A stretch of 64,000 nt of DNA from NCBI GenBank assembly GCA_030704615.1, contig CM060733.1:75268001-75332000 (forward strand), written 5' to 3'. The notes below the pieces were generated by a model. It was not told where the DNA came from. It made no database searches and was given only the letters and a program-made list of their open reading frames with translations. The position numbers and the translations under genes are program-made. Shown here one piece after another: positions 26,401 through 37,423 of this stretch (positions are counted from its first letter, which is position 1; the number at the start of each line of letters is the position of its first letter). The stretch is from Takakia lepidozioides. Taxonomy: Eukaryota; Plantae; Bryophyta.

Positions 26401-29400
26401 AGTCCCTGAACGGCAATAGGGCCTAGAACTGGAAAATGGCGCCGAATTTCCAGTTCAGGGCCAGCCAGTCTAGGGACTTAGCCATTTTCGGAGCCCTGAC
26501 TGGAAATTCGGCGCCATTTTCCCTAACACTGAGGCCTCTAACATCCTGAAATGCAAGGACTTGAAAGAAAGGCAGCGCGTATGTACCTGTACAGAAGGCG
26601 CATTGCTGCTTTGTCCGCGTTCGGCTGGTCGGTGAACTCGTGGCTCCGGCGAGCATCTGCTATCTCCCGAAAGAATAGGTTGGTTTTGTAGAGCAGAAAG
26701 TACCTCGTCACATAGTCACGTAGGCTCTCTGCTGCAGGAGATATCTCCATCTTGAACTGATGTGCTTGTGTGTCCAGCTGCTCTTGCGCATTCGTCGTCA
26801 CCTGTGGATTCATCAGATTTTTTCAAAAAATACATGAAAACCCCACTAGAGTAGAAGCCCAAACGAAGCGTGGGGAAGTACCTGAAACCACCATGTCATG
26901 CGGTTCATCCACATGTCGAATGTGGGGTCAGAGAGTTTGTCCGGTTTGGGGAAGCTCCACATGTCCCTGGTACTTTGGGAACCATTCCAGATTTGGAGCC
27001 ACCGGGTCTGTCCAACCACCCAGCATATTCGTAAGCGCCAAACACCACAAAAAGAGTTGTTGCCACCACAATTTGGTTAAGAATGTATCACCTTTTCTGT
27101 TGCATCCACACAGGATGTGGCTAGACGATGGAGCTTCTCCAATGTCATCGTGGGCTTCAGAGCGCGAGAGTAGTGCTTCCCCACCTCCACCAGAAAGTCG
27201 GCACCAAGGGCGGGATCAGCTATGGCCACGTACTTTACCATCCGCGACTTGTACTTTATGCGGGCCCTCACCTCCGCAGCTTTGACATACGATTCGAGTT
27301 CCGGGAGGGTTGGATTCTTCTCCTCTGACTCCATGTAGAACCTCCGCGCATGTGCCAAATCCTGCTGTATTTTCGTCTGTCAAGAATGCGCACATAAGAT
27401 TAGAGATCCTGCTTCTCACAATTTTCTTCTATTGGGGGAGGAGAGACAGATTAGCTCAACAAAACTGTCAGGAGCTTTACCCGAAATATGTAGTCCACCA
27501 TGGCGTCGACGCTCAGCCTATACCAGGTTCTGTCTGCCTTTGCCTCCGACTTGCGCAGGAGGTCGGCACTGAGGGAATTGGCAAACTCTTGCACCCCCTG
27601 CTTCCCGACATCCTTCACTCGGAAGAGCATATGGGACAAGTTGGTGGCAATGAAGGCATTCTCAGTCACCCTGCAGTGCCACATTTCCATCAAACAATAC
27701 TGAAATGGGAATTTTCATCATATATGAGGATTCGCAATGAAATGACTTCCAAATTCAAAGTCCAAAAGCGAGAGGGTTGTAGCTTACGAGTTGATGTCGG
27801 CCATTGCAGCTTTGAGAAGACTGCGATCTTTGGGCCCCGCAACCTTCAGCACAACACAATCCACGGCGAAATGCCAATCGAGGTCGTTGGGGGTGGGCTT
27901 GGGCAATGTGCTCCATCCATGCCAGGAGGCGATGATTGCCGTCCCACACGTAGAACATCTTACCGGACAAGTGCTGGAAAAGAGGATCACTAGCAATCGA
28001 TCTCTCGAACTCCTCATTTCGCGTTTGCCAATGGGGACCCCATTTGTCCACCTCATCGGAAGTGTGGGCACGGGAAGCTCCGTGGTCGTTCTCAATGGAA
28101 ACGTAAAAGGCAGACCCCATTCGATATCCATCCCGGAAAGAGAATTTCAGCTTGTCGATATCGCCTGGGAGGGCAGGTCTCACCACCTGCAATGACACCA
28201 AGCGGCAAAGGGGAATTCGAAGCTTGGCCGGGTACACCATGCCCCCAGCACCCTGCCAATGTTGCTGTGGGTTGCCTCCAACATCTTGGCAGCGGCCAAC
28301 TTCATATCCGCCTCAGACATGACGTCTGCTGCAGAGGGGTTTTCCGGCAGCCCACCAGGACCGCCAAATCCAGCCTGTATGCTCGGGTTTGGGGCCTGGG
28401 GATGTCCGGGAGGATGTCATCCTGGTCAGAAGCTCCCTGTCGTCCTCCTCAACAGGGTCAGCCACCTGCGAAACCACCTCCAGCACTCTCCCCGTCTCTA
28501 CTGCCCTCTCCCTGGCTTCACCTCGAACTTGCACAATCCGTGCTCTTTCTGGTGTTCTTTCCTCTCCTCCACTCTCCACCGTATGGGTAATTGCGGGGCT
28601 GCTCTTGCCCGCGATGGTCTAACCGGTGTGTTACTGCCTCTCTGTGGTGTCTTGGAGGGATCCACCGTCTCTGTGCGTCCCTCGCTTACATTGGCATCTG
28701 TCATTTGGGCACCCCTGGCCTCTTCAGTGGCCTTTTCTCTTTCCTCCTGGCTAGCATTCTGTCTCGTCTGTTCTTTTGCCCTCTCTTTTGCCCTCTCACG
28801 GGCTTTCTGTTTCTTACTAGGGCTAGCAGCAGGGGAGCCCTCCAGGACGACCACCTTTGATTGAGGCGAACTGACACCCTCGCGCGCACTGCTCACTCCC
28901 CCCTCCGCAGCCCGTGACGGCTCTCTCGCCGGGGATTGCATGTGCTTAGCTTTCTTCTTTTCTTTGCGTGGGCGGGCCCTACTGCATGTGCATGAACAAC
29001 CTCCATTGCCGGATCTGCTGTCCTCATGTCCTCACGCCCTTCACCTGCCATGCCGCCTGCACAACCTCCCCAATGCCTATTCTGTCGTACTCTCGTTGCA
29101 AGTCCTCCCGTCCACCAACAAAAGGTTTAAGTTTGCCCTCTCGCCCCAAGTTGGGCGATTCAAACATGCGATGAGTTGGAGCTGTCGATGATACCACCAG
29201 CGTGCCGGGCTCGTCGTCACTGTCATTCCCAAAAATCGTGAAACCAACATCGGTGCAAAAACCAGCATCGCAACGAGCAGCGCAACCACCATAGCAACAA
29301 TCGTGTAACAAAATGAAAACATAACAAGTTTAGGAAGTATGGAGAGCCATGCAACACAATGAAAACAAATGCAACCATTGCCTGAGAATGACATGCACAA

Positions 29401-29748
29401 GCAGCCTTCTCCAGAGCTGCCGGATTTGCACACGCATTGCAAACAATCTAAGGTTCACTCAACTATCTAAAGTTCACTCATCCAGCGAAGCCAGGATGAA
29501 GATGCAAAAAAAGCGAGGCAACAAAGCGAAAGCAAAAAAAATCGAACAAAGCGAAAGCAGAAGTGGCTTGCCTGAGAGTACTCGGCTTCAGTTGGCGCGG
29601 GTTGTGAGCAAGACACTGGAATCTCCTGCTGGAGCTTCAGTTTGGCCATGCGAGAGATTGGCCGTCGTCCGTAGTACAGAGCTTTCAACTTCCGCCGCGG
29701 TCTGGATGTGAGGTCTCTCTCAGGAGAGCCACGCCCTTCAGGCGGCAT
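23479..29748 (-). pseudogene. Multi-exon ParB/Srx-like + amino-methyltransferase-like fusion gene of E2 (frameshifted as assembled)
   Basis: 27755..28240 IPLCRLV..VRP...KMFYVWDGNHRLLAW. 24648..25505 DMILLDIPDG...WN. 24168..24635 RSPAFIQTLMETCSDVQGRILDLTCGTG spliced to ASMWAGTLSDRHVFAFEPD. Acidic last exon 23479..23889, homologous to E1 970..1400. Confidence 0.8.
25860..26525. repeat. Intronic tandem repeat (~95 bp unit) containing GGAAAATGGCGCCGAATTTCC
   Basis: Repeated CTAGAACTGGAAAATGGCGCCGAATTTCCAGTTCAGGGCCAGCCACCCTAGGGACTTAGCCCGAAAATGGCTAAGTCCC. The unit also holds a second hairpin GGGACTTAGCC..GGCTAAGTCCC. Confidence 0.9.
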
Positions 29749-29954
29749 AAGTCCCAGCCAAAATGGAAAAAGATCTCCGTTTTTGGGTACATGCCTCGAA
29801 TAGCATGTTAAGCCAAGATTAGCATGAGATTTAGGGTACGTATCCAGGAAGCCATGTGTCGCCAGCCCGAATGAAAACCGACGGCGTGGACATTTATTGC
29901 CCAACTGCGCAATTAAATGTCGGATGAAGCCCTCCATGTCGGATGAAAATCGAC

Positions 29955-31270
29955 GGAACCCGGAATTTCCAACGTAGAGGTAATTCGGAGCGCTGCAGGA
30001 ATTTTCCATCCTGCAGGTAATTCCGCAGCAGGATGGAAATTTTTCCATCTAGGGCGGCGCGCGAAATTTCCCTCAGCAGGTAATTCGGAGGCGGATGGAT
30101 GGAAATCCGGATTTCCATCCGCCGCGCCGGCGCCGAATTTCCATCCGCAGGTAATTCGGGATGGATGGAAATCCGGCGGGTAATTCGGCCGGCGCCGAAT
30201 TTCCATCCAGCAGGTAAGTCGGAATGGATATTCGGCGCCGAATTTCCATCGCCAGGTATTTTGAAGCAGGTAAATCCTTTAAACTAACAAAGACGGAGAC
30301 TTCGTCGGACGGAAATTCGGCGCCGTTTTCCATTCTGGGAACTTCCGGATGGAAATTCGGCGCCGAATCTCCATCCAGGGGATGCTCTCTGTCGAACACG
30401 TGCCGGCCTCTACGCCCGAGGCGACTTCATCAGGGCGTTCCCCTGTTGGATTATTCGGTGCCGAATTTCCGTCCGGGGGTTGAAATGTGACGGCCAGGTG
30501 CCGGCCTCTCCCCCTCCCCGACTGCATCCGAACCGCCCGGATGGAAATCGGCGCCGTTTTTCCATCTAGGGATGTTTTTATGCGGCCAGTTTTCGGCCTG
30601 ACCCCCCGACACGACTTCCTTTGGGGGGCCCGGATGGAAATTCGGCGCCGAATCTCCATCCAGGGGATGTTCTCTGTCGCACACCGCCGGCCTCTGCGCC
30701 CGAGGCGACTTCATCCGGGCTTCCCCTGTGTATATTCGGTGCCGAATTTCCGTCGGGGGTTGTAATGTGAGGGCAGGCCAGATGGCGGCCTTCCCCCGAG
30801 CCGACTGCATCCAAAAGCATCGGATGGAAATTCGGCGCCGTTTTCCATCCGCGTAGGTTTTATGTTGGCCAGTTTTCAGCCTGACCCCCCGAAAGGACTT
30901 CCTTTGGGGGGATCCGAATGGAAATTTGGCGCTGAATTTCCGTCCGGGGGATGTTCTCTGTCGGACAGGTGCCGGCATCTCTGCCCCAGACAACTTCATC
31001 CGTGCGGCCTCTGTTGGATATTGGGTGCCGATTTCCATTCGTAGTAGGGTGGTAGTAATGTGACGGCACGGTGCCGGCTTCTCCCCTTCAGCCGTCATCA
31101 TCCGGACGGCCCCCCACTTTCTGACTGCATACCGTTGGCAGTTATTGCGCAAAGACCAGGGGCCGCATTCCGGAGACAAGGTTCATTAACACTCTGACTG
31201 TGGATTTTTGAGATAGTTGGCTCCTGGATTTGGATCAGGCTTCGTCGCTCGGACAAATCGGCACCGCATT
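29955..31270. repeat. Central array of GGAAATTCGG-CG-CCGAATTTCC palindromes between the divergent genes of E2
   Basis: Many copies, often extended to GGATGGAAATTCGGCGCCGAAT(T/C)TCCATCC. About three ~290-300 bp higher-order units at 30345-31080. Confidence 0.93.
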
Positions 31271-31329
31271 CCTTCCCATCGCTGCATCCCCCTTCTACCA
31301 GGGAGCTTCCCCGCACGCCATCCTGGCAG

Positions 31330-34300
31330 TCTTGCGTGCACATCTCCATGGCGGAAAACCCGAGCGCTACAGTGTACTGCCCTCCTCAGACGGCATAGAG
31401 CTTCATTCCGTGCAGAGGGGACATCTGCTGGGTGATGGAGAAAATATCTGTGCGTTCGATAACACCTGAAACCGGGGTCGTTTTTTTGGAGGAGGAAAGG
31501 AAAGGACTCAAACGGCCTTGTTGTCGAGAGTATTGTTGTGCTCCCCGATGATTGATTTCGGCGATGGCAGGGAATGGCGAGTTCCACCATCGGACAGCGT
31601 CATATACAGGGGTGTTGGGGACTTCATTTGCCCGCCAAATGCACCTTCTATCCTGGCGCCTTCCATGAAACAATCCGCGAATCAGAGAGTGGCTACCTCA
31701 AAGAGAGAAGTCCGCAACGAAGTAAATCCAAAGCCGAACCCATCCATGAAGACGAGCGAGAGAACCGGGTTGTTCACAACCTGTCCAACTCAGACGAGGT
31801 CATGGAAGTTCCGAGGTCGTCTTGGAGATCAGGCAAGTCCTCAATGGACGTCAGTGGAGGAGGGAGTCATATTCCCAGCACGAGCACCGCATTTCGATCT
31901 ATTCTTGAAATTCTGCGAGGGCTTCACCTGGAGGGACACCGGTCGGAGCTGGCCGGGCTGGACTACAACAAGTTCGCAATTAAATTAGTTACATGCCTTC
32001 CCGCCGACGTCGACGGTAATATCTTCTTTGAGTTCCCTCCTCGGGCGGACTACTCGAGGGCGTCCGGAATGTTGACAGCTATGGATAGAAACATGACGGT
32101 CATCCTTGGTGCGTTACCCAAACCCCCAGCATGAGATGCTCGATGGTGGTGTGCGGTGCGCTACGTTGTTTGTGCGGGGAGGCGGTTGTTTCTCCCCAAC
32201 TTGCTTCCACTTTAAATCCAGAGGTCACAGGAACAGACCGATTGGACAGGCACAGCTCATCAACCATTTCGAGCTCAAGAGAAGGTTCCGAACTCCACAT
32301 TTAAGTGTGCGCATTGCAAAGAACCACCTCACTGCATGTCTGTTTGTAATGCCAAGCAGTTCTATGTGTTGTACCGTTTCCCTGACCTCACCCGAGCTTG
32401 CATACACGTTGGTTCCCATTGTCACAAATTGGCGAGGGGAACTGCGGGGAGGCTGCCCACGAAGCAGAGCAGCTCGTTCAGGAGGAGGTAAGTTGAGACG
32501 GGTGCAAACCAACAGACACAGCTCCAAGCCGCCCATTAAGATGGCATTGGCCAGAATTATGTCGGAAGACGGCTCGATAGAGTTCCTCTCGACGAGAAGG
32601 AAATGGAGGCATTGCTGAGTCGGTGTCCCACGTATGTCACCAAATGTCCGAAACCACATTGTCTCATGCAAACAGAAAATTGGGCGTGGCTCGGATATGC
32701 ACTCCATTCTGGAGGTGAAGCGACGATGTGGATATGACTACATTCAGAAGTAGGTTTCCAGGACAAGGGACTGAGGCAGATCGTTGTTTCGTATTCAAAA
32801 TGTCACGTGTGGACCTGGCAGCGGCGTCGAACTGGTCGACAGGAGGATGACGAGGTGGGGACTTGTCAAACAGTTGGGTCATGTTCGACCAATCAAGCGA
32901 ATTACAAATCACCAGTGGGTGACAATGGGTGCACATGTCTACGACACCCACTGCAGGATGCTAATGACAATTACTATTTGTGAGATGAAAGGAGAGGAAC
33001 ACAATCGGAGATGCTTCTTGGCAGGGAATAAACGAACAGATGGCCAAGGCGGATTGATTGCCCCTCCGAATTTCCGTGGTTTCATGGCGGACAACGCACA
33101 AGCAAATTGGGCTGCCATCCGAAGGGTGTACGGGCAAGACCCAATGTTCCCAGGGGAGGCAAGGAGAAGGAGAGATCTTGTGGTTCCATTCTGCAGGACC
33201 TTTCGCAGTACACAACCAGGCTCGTGGCGCCAGATTTCAGAGAGGAGCACCGTTCCATGTGCCTTGCGTGGAAGCGCGCTCCACCTTGGATGATGCAGAG
33301 ACACATTTGCATGTATACGGGCTTGGTGGACATCGTCAGGTGCTATATAGGAATCAGACGAGGGAGCAATGGTCAGTTGTGCTAGCATGGCATGGTGGGC
33401 ATTATCGTTTCTCCAGTTCGGCGACTATATGCGGGAGGTGAGTTGCACGAATTCGGCGTCCCGTTGAATAGTATTCTGGCCATATTTGTAACTTGCTTGT
33501 AACTCAACAATGTGCTTGTGCAGGAAATGGTCTCGACTCCGACACCGACATGCCCACGACAAACATGGCCGAATCAGTGCACTCTTCCTGGCGTGCCTCC
33601 TCGGCGGGCATCTGGTGGACATTCTCACTGCCACAACGGAGGACATTGTGAGGTCAATTATGCAGCAATGCAGGTACAACGAGTTCTTGAAAGGGAAACA
33701 GTGGGGCTTGGGGCCGGACATGTCGGAAATGCTCATGCGGACTGCCTCTAGATCGAAGAATCCTCGAAGTGGGCGGCGGCCTTGCGAGAGGGCCTTTCGG
33801 GACACGCCATTGCTGCGAAGAGGCCCAACATTTGGAAGGAGATGTTCATACCCGTCCAGTGAGACGAAGACTTGACGAGGCACCTGGCGGGAGAAGAGGA
33901 TTCATGGCGAGCTGACAAGAATATTCGCACGCTCCCTCGTGGTCCGGTGATGTTGTCCAAGGAGGTCTCGTCGAGCACTGCAAGTCCTGCACGTTCAGAT
34001 CGCCATCTCCTTTGAGCACAGGGCGTGTGCCCGGCAAACATAACGAGCCATCTGTAGTAAAGCAGTACAACATTCCCATTGTGGAGACAAAGAGTGTCGT
34101 AGTCACAGTGGAGAATTGCGAGGACATTACCGGCATTCGAGGGGAAGTGCTGCGCCATCCGGGTGGATACGAGAGCACGCTGTGGTGAGATGATTCGGAG
34201 GAACCCACACGGTGCTGTACCTGCACCTTGTTTCAGCGGCAGATTTTTGACTCCACATTTGCTCACGCCACAACGCAGAAATTTTGGTTCTGTAGGCACG

Positions 34301-34945
34301 ACATAATGACCTGTGTATTTGGCAAGCCCAAGTACGGGATTCAGGGAATGTCGGAGCTTCCGGGCGTCTGGCCTGTTGCACCGGTTGCAGCCTCTCTCAG
34401 AATGAGGCGGATGCTCTATCTGCCAGCAGGATTCGAATGGTGCAAACGCACAGACATACCGGCCCACACCATTTCCGGTTCCTCTCAGACCCAGCCATTG
34501 CAGATGCTCGGTACAGTAGTAGAGACGGATTGGACAATTCTGCACATCCCACAATGCGATTCGGAAGAGTGAAGAGACGACACCCTCCCAACAAGTTGAA
34601 TGAGACTCGGATTGCCAATGCTCTTGGGATGGCTTGCACTATTCAGAGCTCGTGGACGTACCCCCACCCGCCTTGGGCATGTGTATCGGATGGAACGGCC
34701 GGCTCGGCTGTACGCGACGATGTATACACAATTACGATTGGAGTGGAGCCGACTTGCAATTGTACGGAACTTCTCGTTGATGGAAGCAAAGAAGGGTTCG
34801 AAGTATTATCCGTGCAAGCATCTGTATTACATTTACCTGAAAGAGATTGAGGATGAACGTGACTATTGATGACTTTATTCATGCACCGGCGTTGAGCGTG
34901 AACGAGCTGCACAAACTCCTCCTTAGGGATTCCAGAAATCATTGA
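31330..34945 (+). pseudogene. MULE-type GCM-DDE-SWIM transposase of E2 (heavily frameshifted as assembled)
   Basis: Colinear with the E1 transposase: RSELAGLDY..DVDGNIFFEFPP, KRITNHQWVTMGAHVYD..LMTITICEMKGE, NFRGFMADNAQANWAAIRRVYG, NMAESVH, FWFCRHDIMTCVFGKPKYG, CNCT...YPCKHLYYIYL. Confidence 0.8.
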
Positions 34946-35094
34946 TGGGGCAAAGGGAATCCTCCATATGGATATTTTCAATTGCATTTGCTTGCTTTTT
35001 GTATCAGACTTTTTTTGCAGTGTAATGAAATGCACCCAAAAACTCCTGGAATGAGGCCAATATTCCATTCAAACTGAGATCAAAGAGAAGCAGT

Positions 35095-35545
35095 TGTGGG
35101 GCCATTTCTGGAAAAATGGCGCCGAATTTCTCTTTTTGGGGCCGAAATCTGGCTAAGTCCCAACATGCACTGGTACCTGTGTTTGGGAAAATGGCGCCGA
35201 ATTTCTCTTTTTTGGGCCGAAAACTGGCTAAGTCCCAACATGCACTGGTACCGTTGGTGTCTGGAAAAATGGTGCCGAATTTCTCTTTTTTGGCCGAAAA
35301 CTGGCTAAGTCCCAACATGCACTGGTACAGTGTCTGGAAAAATGTGGCGCCGATTTCCCTATTTTGCGCCAAAACTGGCTAAGTCCAAACATGCCACTGG
35401 AAAAATGGCGCCGAATACCTGTCATGAGGGGACCTATAGCCGCGGAATTCGGCACCATTTTTCGCCAGAGAGACCTATTACGCGAAATACGTCGCCGTTT
35501 TTTTCAGGTTACGGACCCTTATTACCGCCGAAATTCGGCGCCGCA
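35095..35545. repeat. Right subterminal tandem repeats of E2 (~75 bp unit) with GAAAAATGGCGCCGAATTTC
   Basis: 4-5 units GAAAAATGGCGCCGAATTTCTCTTTTTGGGCCGAAAACTGGCTAAGTCCCAACATGCACTGG. Confidence 0.9.
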
Positions 35546-36727
35546 TATTTGCACATGTCGTGGGAATTGGCATGAGCGGAAAGACGAAATATCATGAGCA
35601 CAACTGTCAAAACTGCAATTTTCCCTTCAAGGGGCCGAATAATATATTTGTTTTTCCTTACACATTGCATTGAATTATTGTTTTTTATTGTTTTTTATTT
35701 TCGAAATTTGTACTTCTGCTCATGAAAACCGATTGTCTTACTACTCTGCTCATGCCGCTCATGCCGCTCATGCTCATGAAATAGCAAACCTCTGACAATT
35801 GATGTCGACTACGAAAGATGACATCGTATCAAGTTCCTCTGTTGCACTTCGGGGGATCGAAGGTTACTTAGGTTCTTATGGTTCTGCAAATCTTTTTGAA
35901 CAATTTAAACCACCTTTGGCAGCCGGAGGTGCCGGATGGGTAAATATGACAATTGTTTTTTATAGTATATGATGCGCTTGAAAGCACGGGTGGTAGATTT
36001 ATATCCGAAATAATATTCAAAAACGGGTAACAAATGTTCGGGGGTCGACTACAATTGGCATTCGAAGGTCGATTTTCTGAACGGAATATCGTTAGCCCTA
36101 CCAAAAAAAGGAAGCTGGATGATTTTGAATACATTTACAAAGTAAACACTAATGTACATTGATCGACTACTTTTGCCATTTGAATTGTCAATTTTGATAA
36201 ACTCGTTTCGAACCATAGGAAACTGCATGATTTGGACAACATAAACAGAAATTTTAAGTTTTAACCAACAACATTTACCATCTTAAGACATAGATTCACG
36301 TACATTGGATTGCTCAAGTTCCGGTTGAAGGACCTCTTGATTCAGTGATTTCCAAATTCAATACCATCTTACCTGAAGGTGGTATTTTCATTAATGGTGC
36401 ATAGAAAATTCTTAACGACCTTAGGCAGTTGGAGTTGGGATGTGTTAATATTAATAGTTCAATAACATAATGCACTATTAATAACTGTCCCTGCAACAAA
36501 TGTGATCAACCTATTTAAATTCAAAAGGAACATGTTTTATTGTTCAAGACAATCTCTAAATGGATTGTCTAGGGAGGATAATTCTAGTAAACAATTTCAA
36601 GTCGAGATTCTTTGTATTTCAAAATCAATGAAACATGAAGAACGGTTCAGCTCATGCAAGTATACAACCCAAAAATAAAAAACAACAATGACCCAAGGGT
36701 CTCCAATGACACAAGCACTACATTGAA

Positions 36728-37423
36728 CTATGCACAGCTGCTGCTTGTTGCCACTACTGCGATACTGCTTTGTCCCCATGAACTAGCCTCAACCAAACGA
36801 ATGAGATCATTTTTCTGTAAAACCACAGCCGTGCACCCAAGCAGTGCAGCCGTATTTAGTTTCAGTGAAGCCACCCTGTGTTCTCTCGCAATGCCTCTTT
36901 CATCCGTTGCTCTCGTTCTCTCAAAATTAAATTCCCCGGAACTTCTTTTATGTTGTAGCATCTGTTCGAAATGAATGACCCGGTGCTCATGCTCTGCTGC
37001 AGCCCTCGACCTGCTCTGACCCTCCGTGTGCAAACGTCTGTTTTCAGCTCTAAAGTGCAGGATTAGGTCTTTTTGGTACGCAATGAAGTCCATCTCATGA
37101 GGACCGACTTGAGCAGCACGGCTGTTCTCCTGCTCCCAAATTTCCTTGTCCAAGTCGTGCAGTTGGACGCATAGACCCTCAACGTCCACCACAAGATTCT
37201 CGTAATCGTACAAGAGGTGGATCAACTCACCGTAAGCGCCGTCGTTTGTGTCACGTTCACAATAGCGCTCTACCTCTTTCAGGATTCTATCGAACCCCTC
37301 GCGGATAGTTGCGGTCGTAGAAAGAATACAGCTTCTCAGAGTTGACACATTTTGTTTCAACTCTTCTACATAACTCCTGCCATCAACCTCATGAAGAGAG
37401 GATGGGGAGCTCCAAGAGCCCAT
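36728..37423 (-). CDS. Putative coiled-coil protein of unknown function
   Basis: 3' part of the 307-aa ORF from MGSWSSPSS has charged, heptad-like composition; the 5' part reads as pyrimidine-rich UTR. No recognisable domain. Confidence 0.35.
   Translation of the reverse strand: MGSWSSPSSLHEVDGRSYVEELKQNVSTLRSCILSTTATIREGFDRILKEVERYCERDTNDGAYGELIHLLYDYENLVVDVEGLCVQLHDLDKEIWEQENSRAAQVGPHEMDFIAYQKDLILHFRAENRRLHTEGQSRSRAAAEHEHRVIHFEQMLQHKRSSGEFNFERTRATDERGIAREHRVASLKLNTAALLGCTAVVLQKNDLIRLVEASSWGQSSIAVVATSSSCA

Larger units (their letters stand above)
23260..35792 (+). mobile_element. Complete 12.5 kb Mutator-like DNA transposon E2
   Basis: Flanked by direct repeat TGACAATTG (23251-23259 and 35793-35801; 8 bp if the element starts at 23259). 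Imperfect TIRs GGGGCTGCTATTTCATGAGCGGCATGAGC... / ...GCTCATGCTCATGAAATAGCAAACCTC. DDE+SWIM transposase. 8-9 bp TSD and G-rich TIR start are typical of MULEs. Confidence 0.92.

Noticed and set aside
16788-28240. Bacterial/phage contamination as source of ParB and MTase motifs
   Set aside because: Genes are split by GT-AG introns at shared positions and lie within TIR/TSD-bounded eukaryotic transposons.
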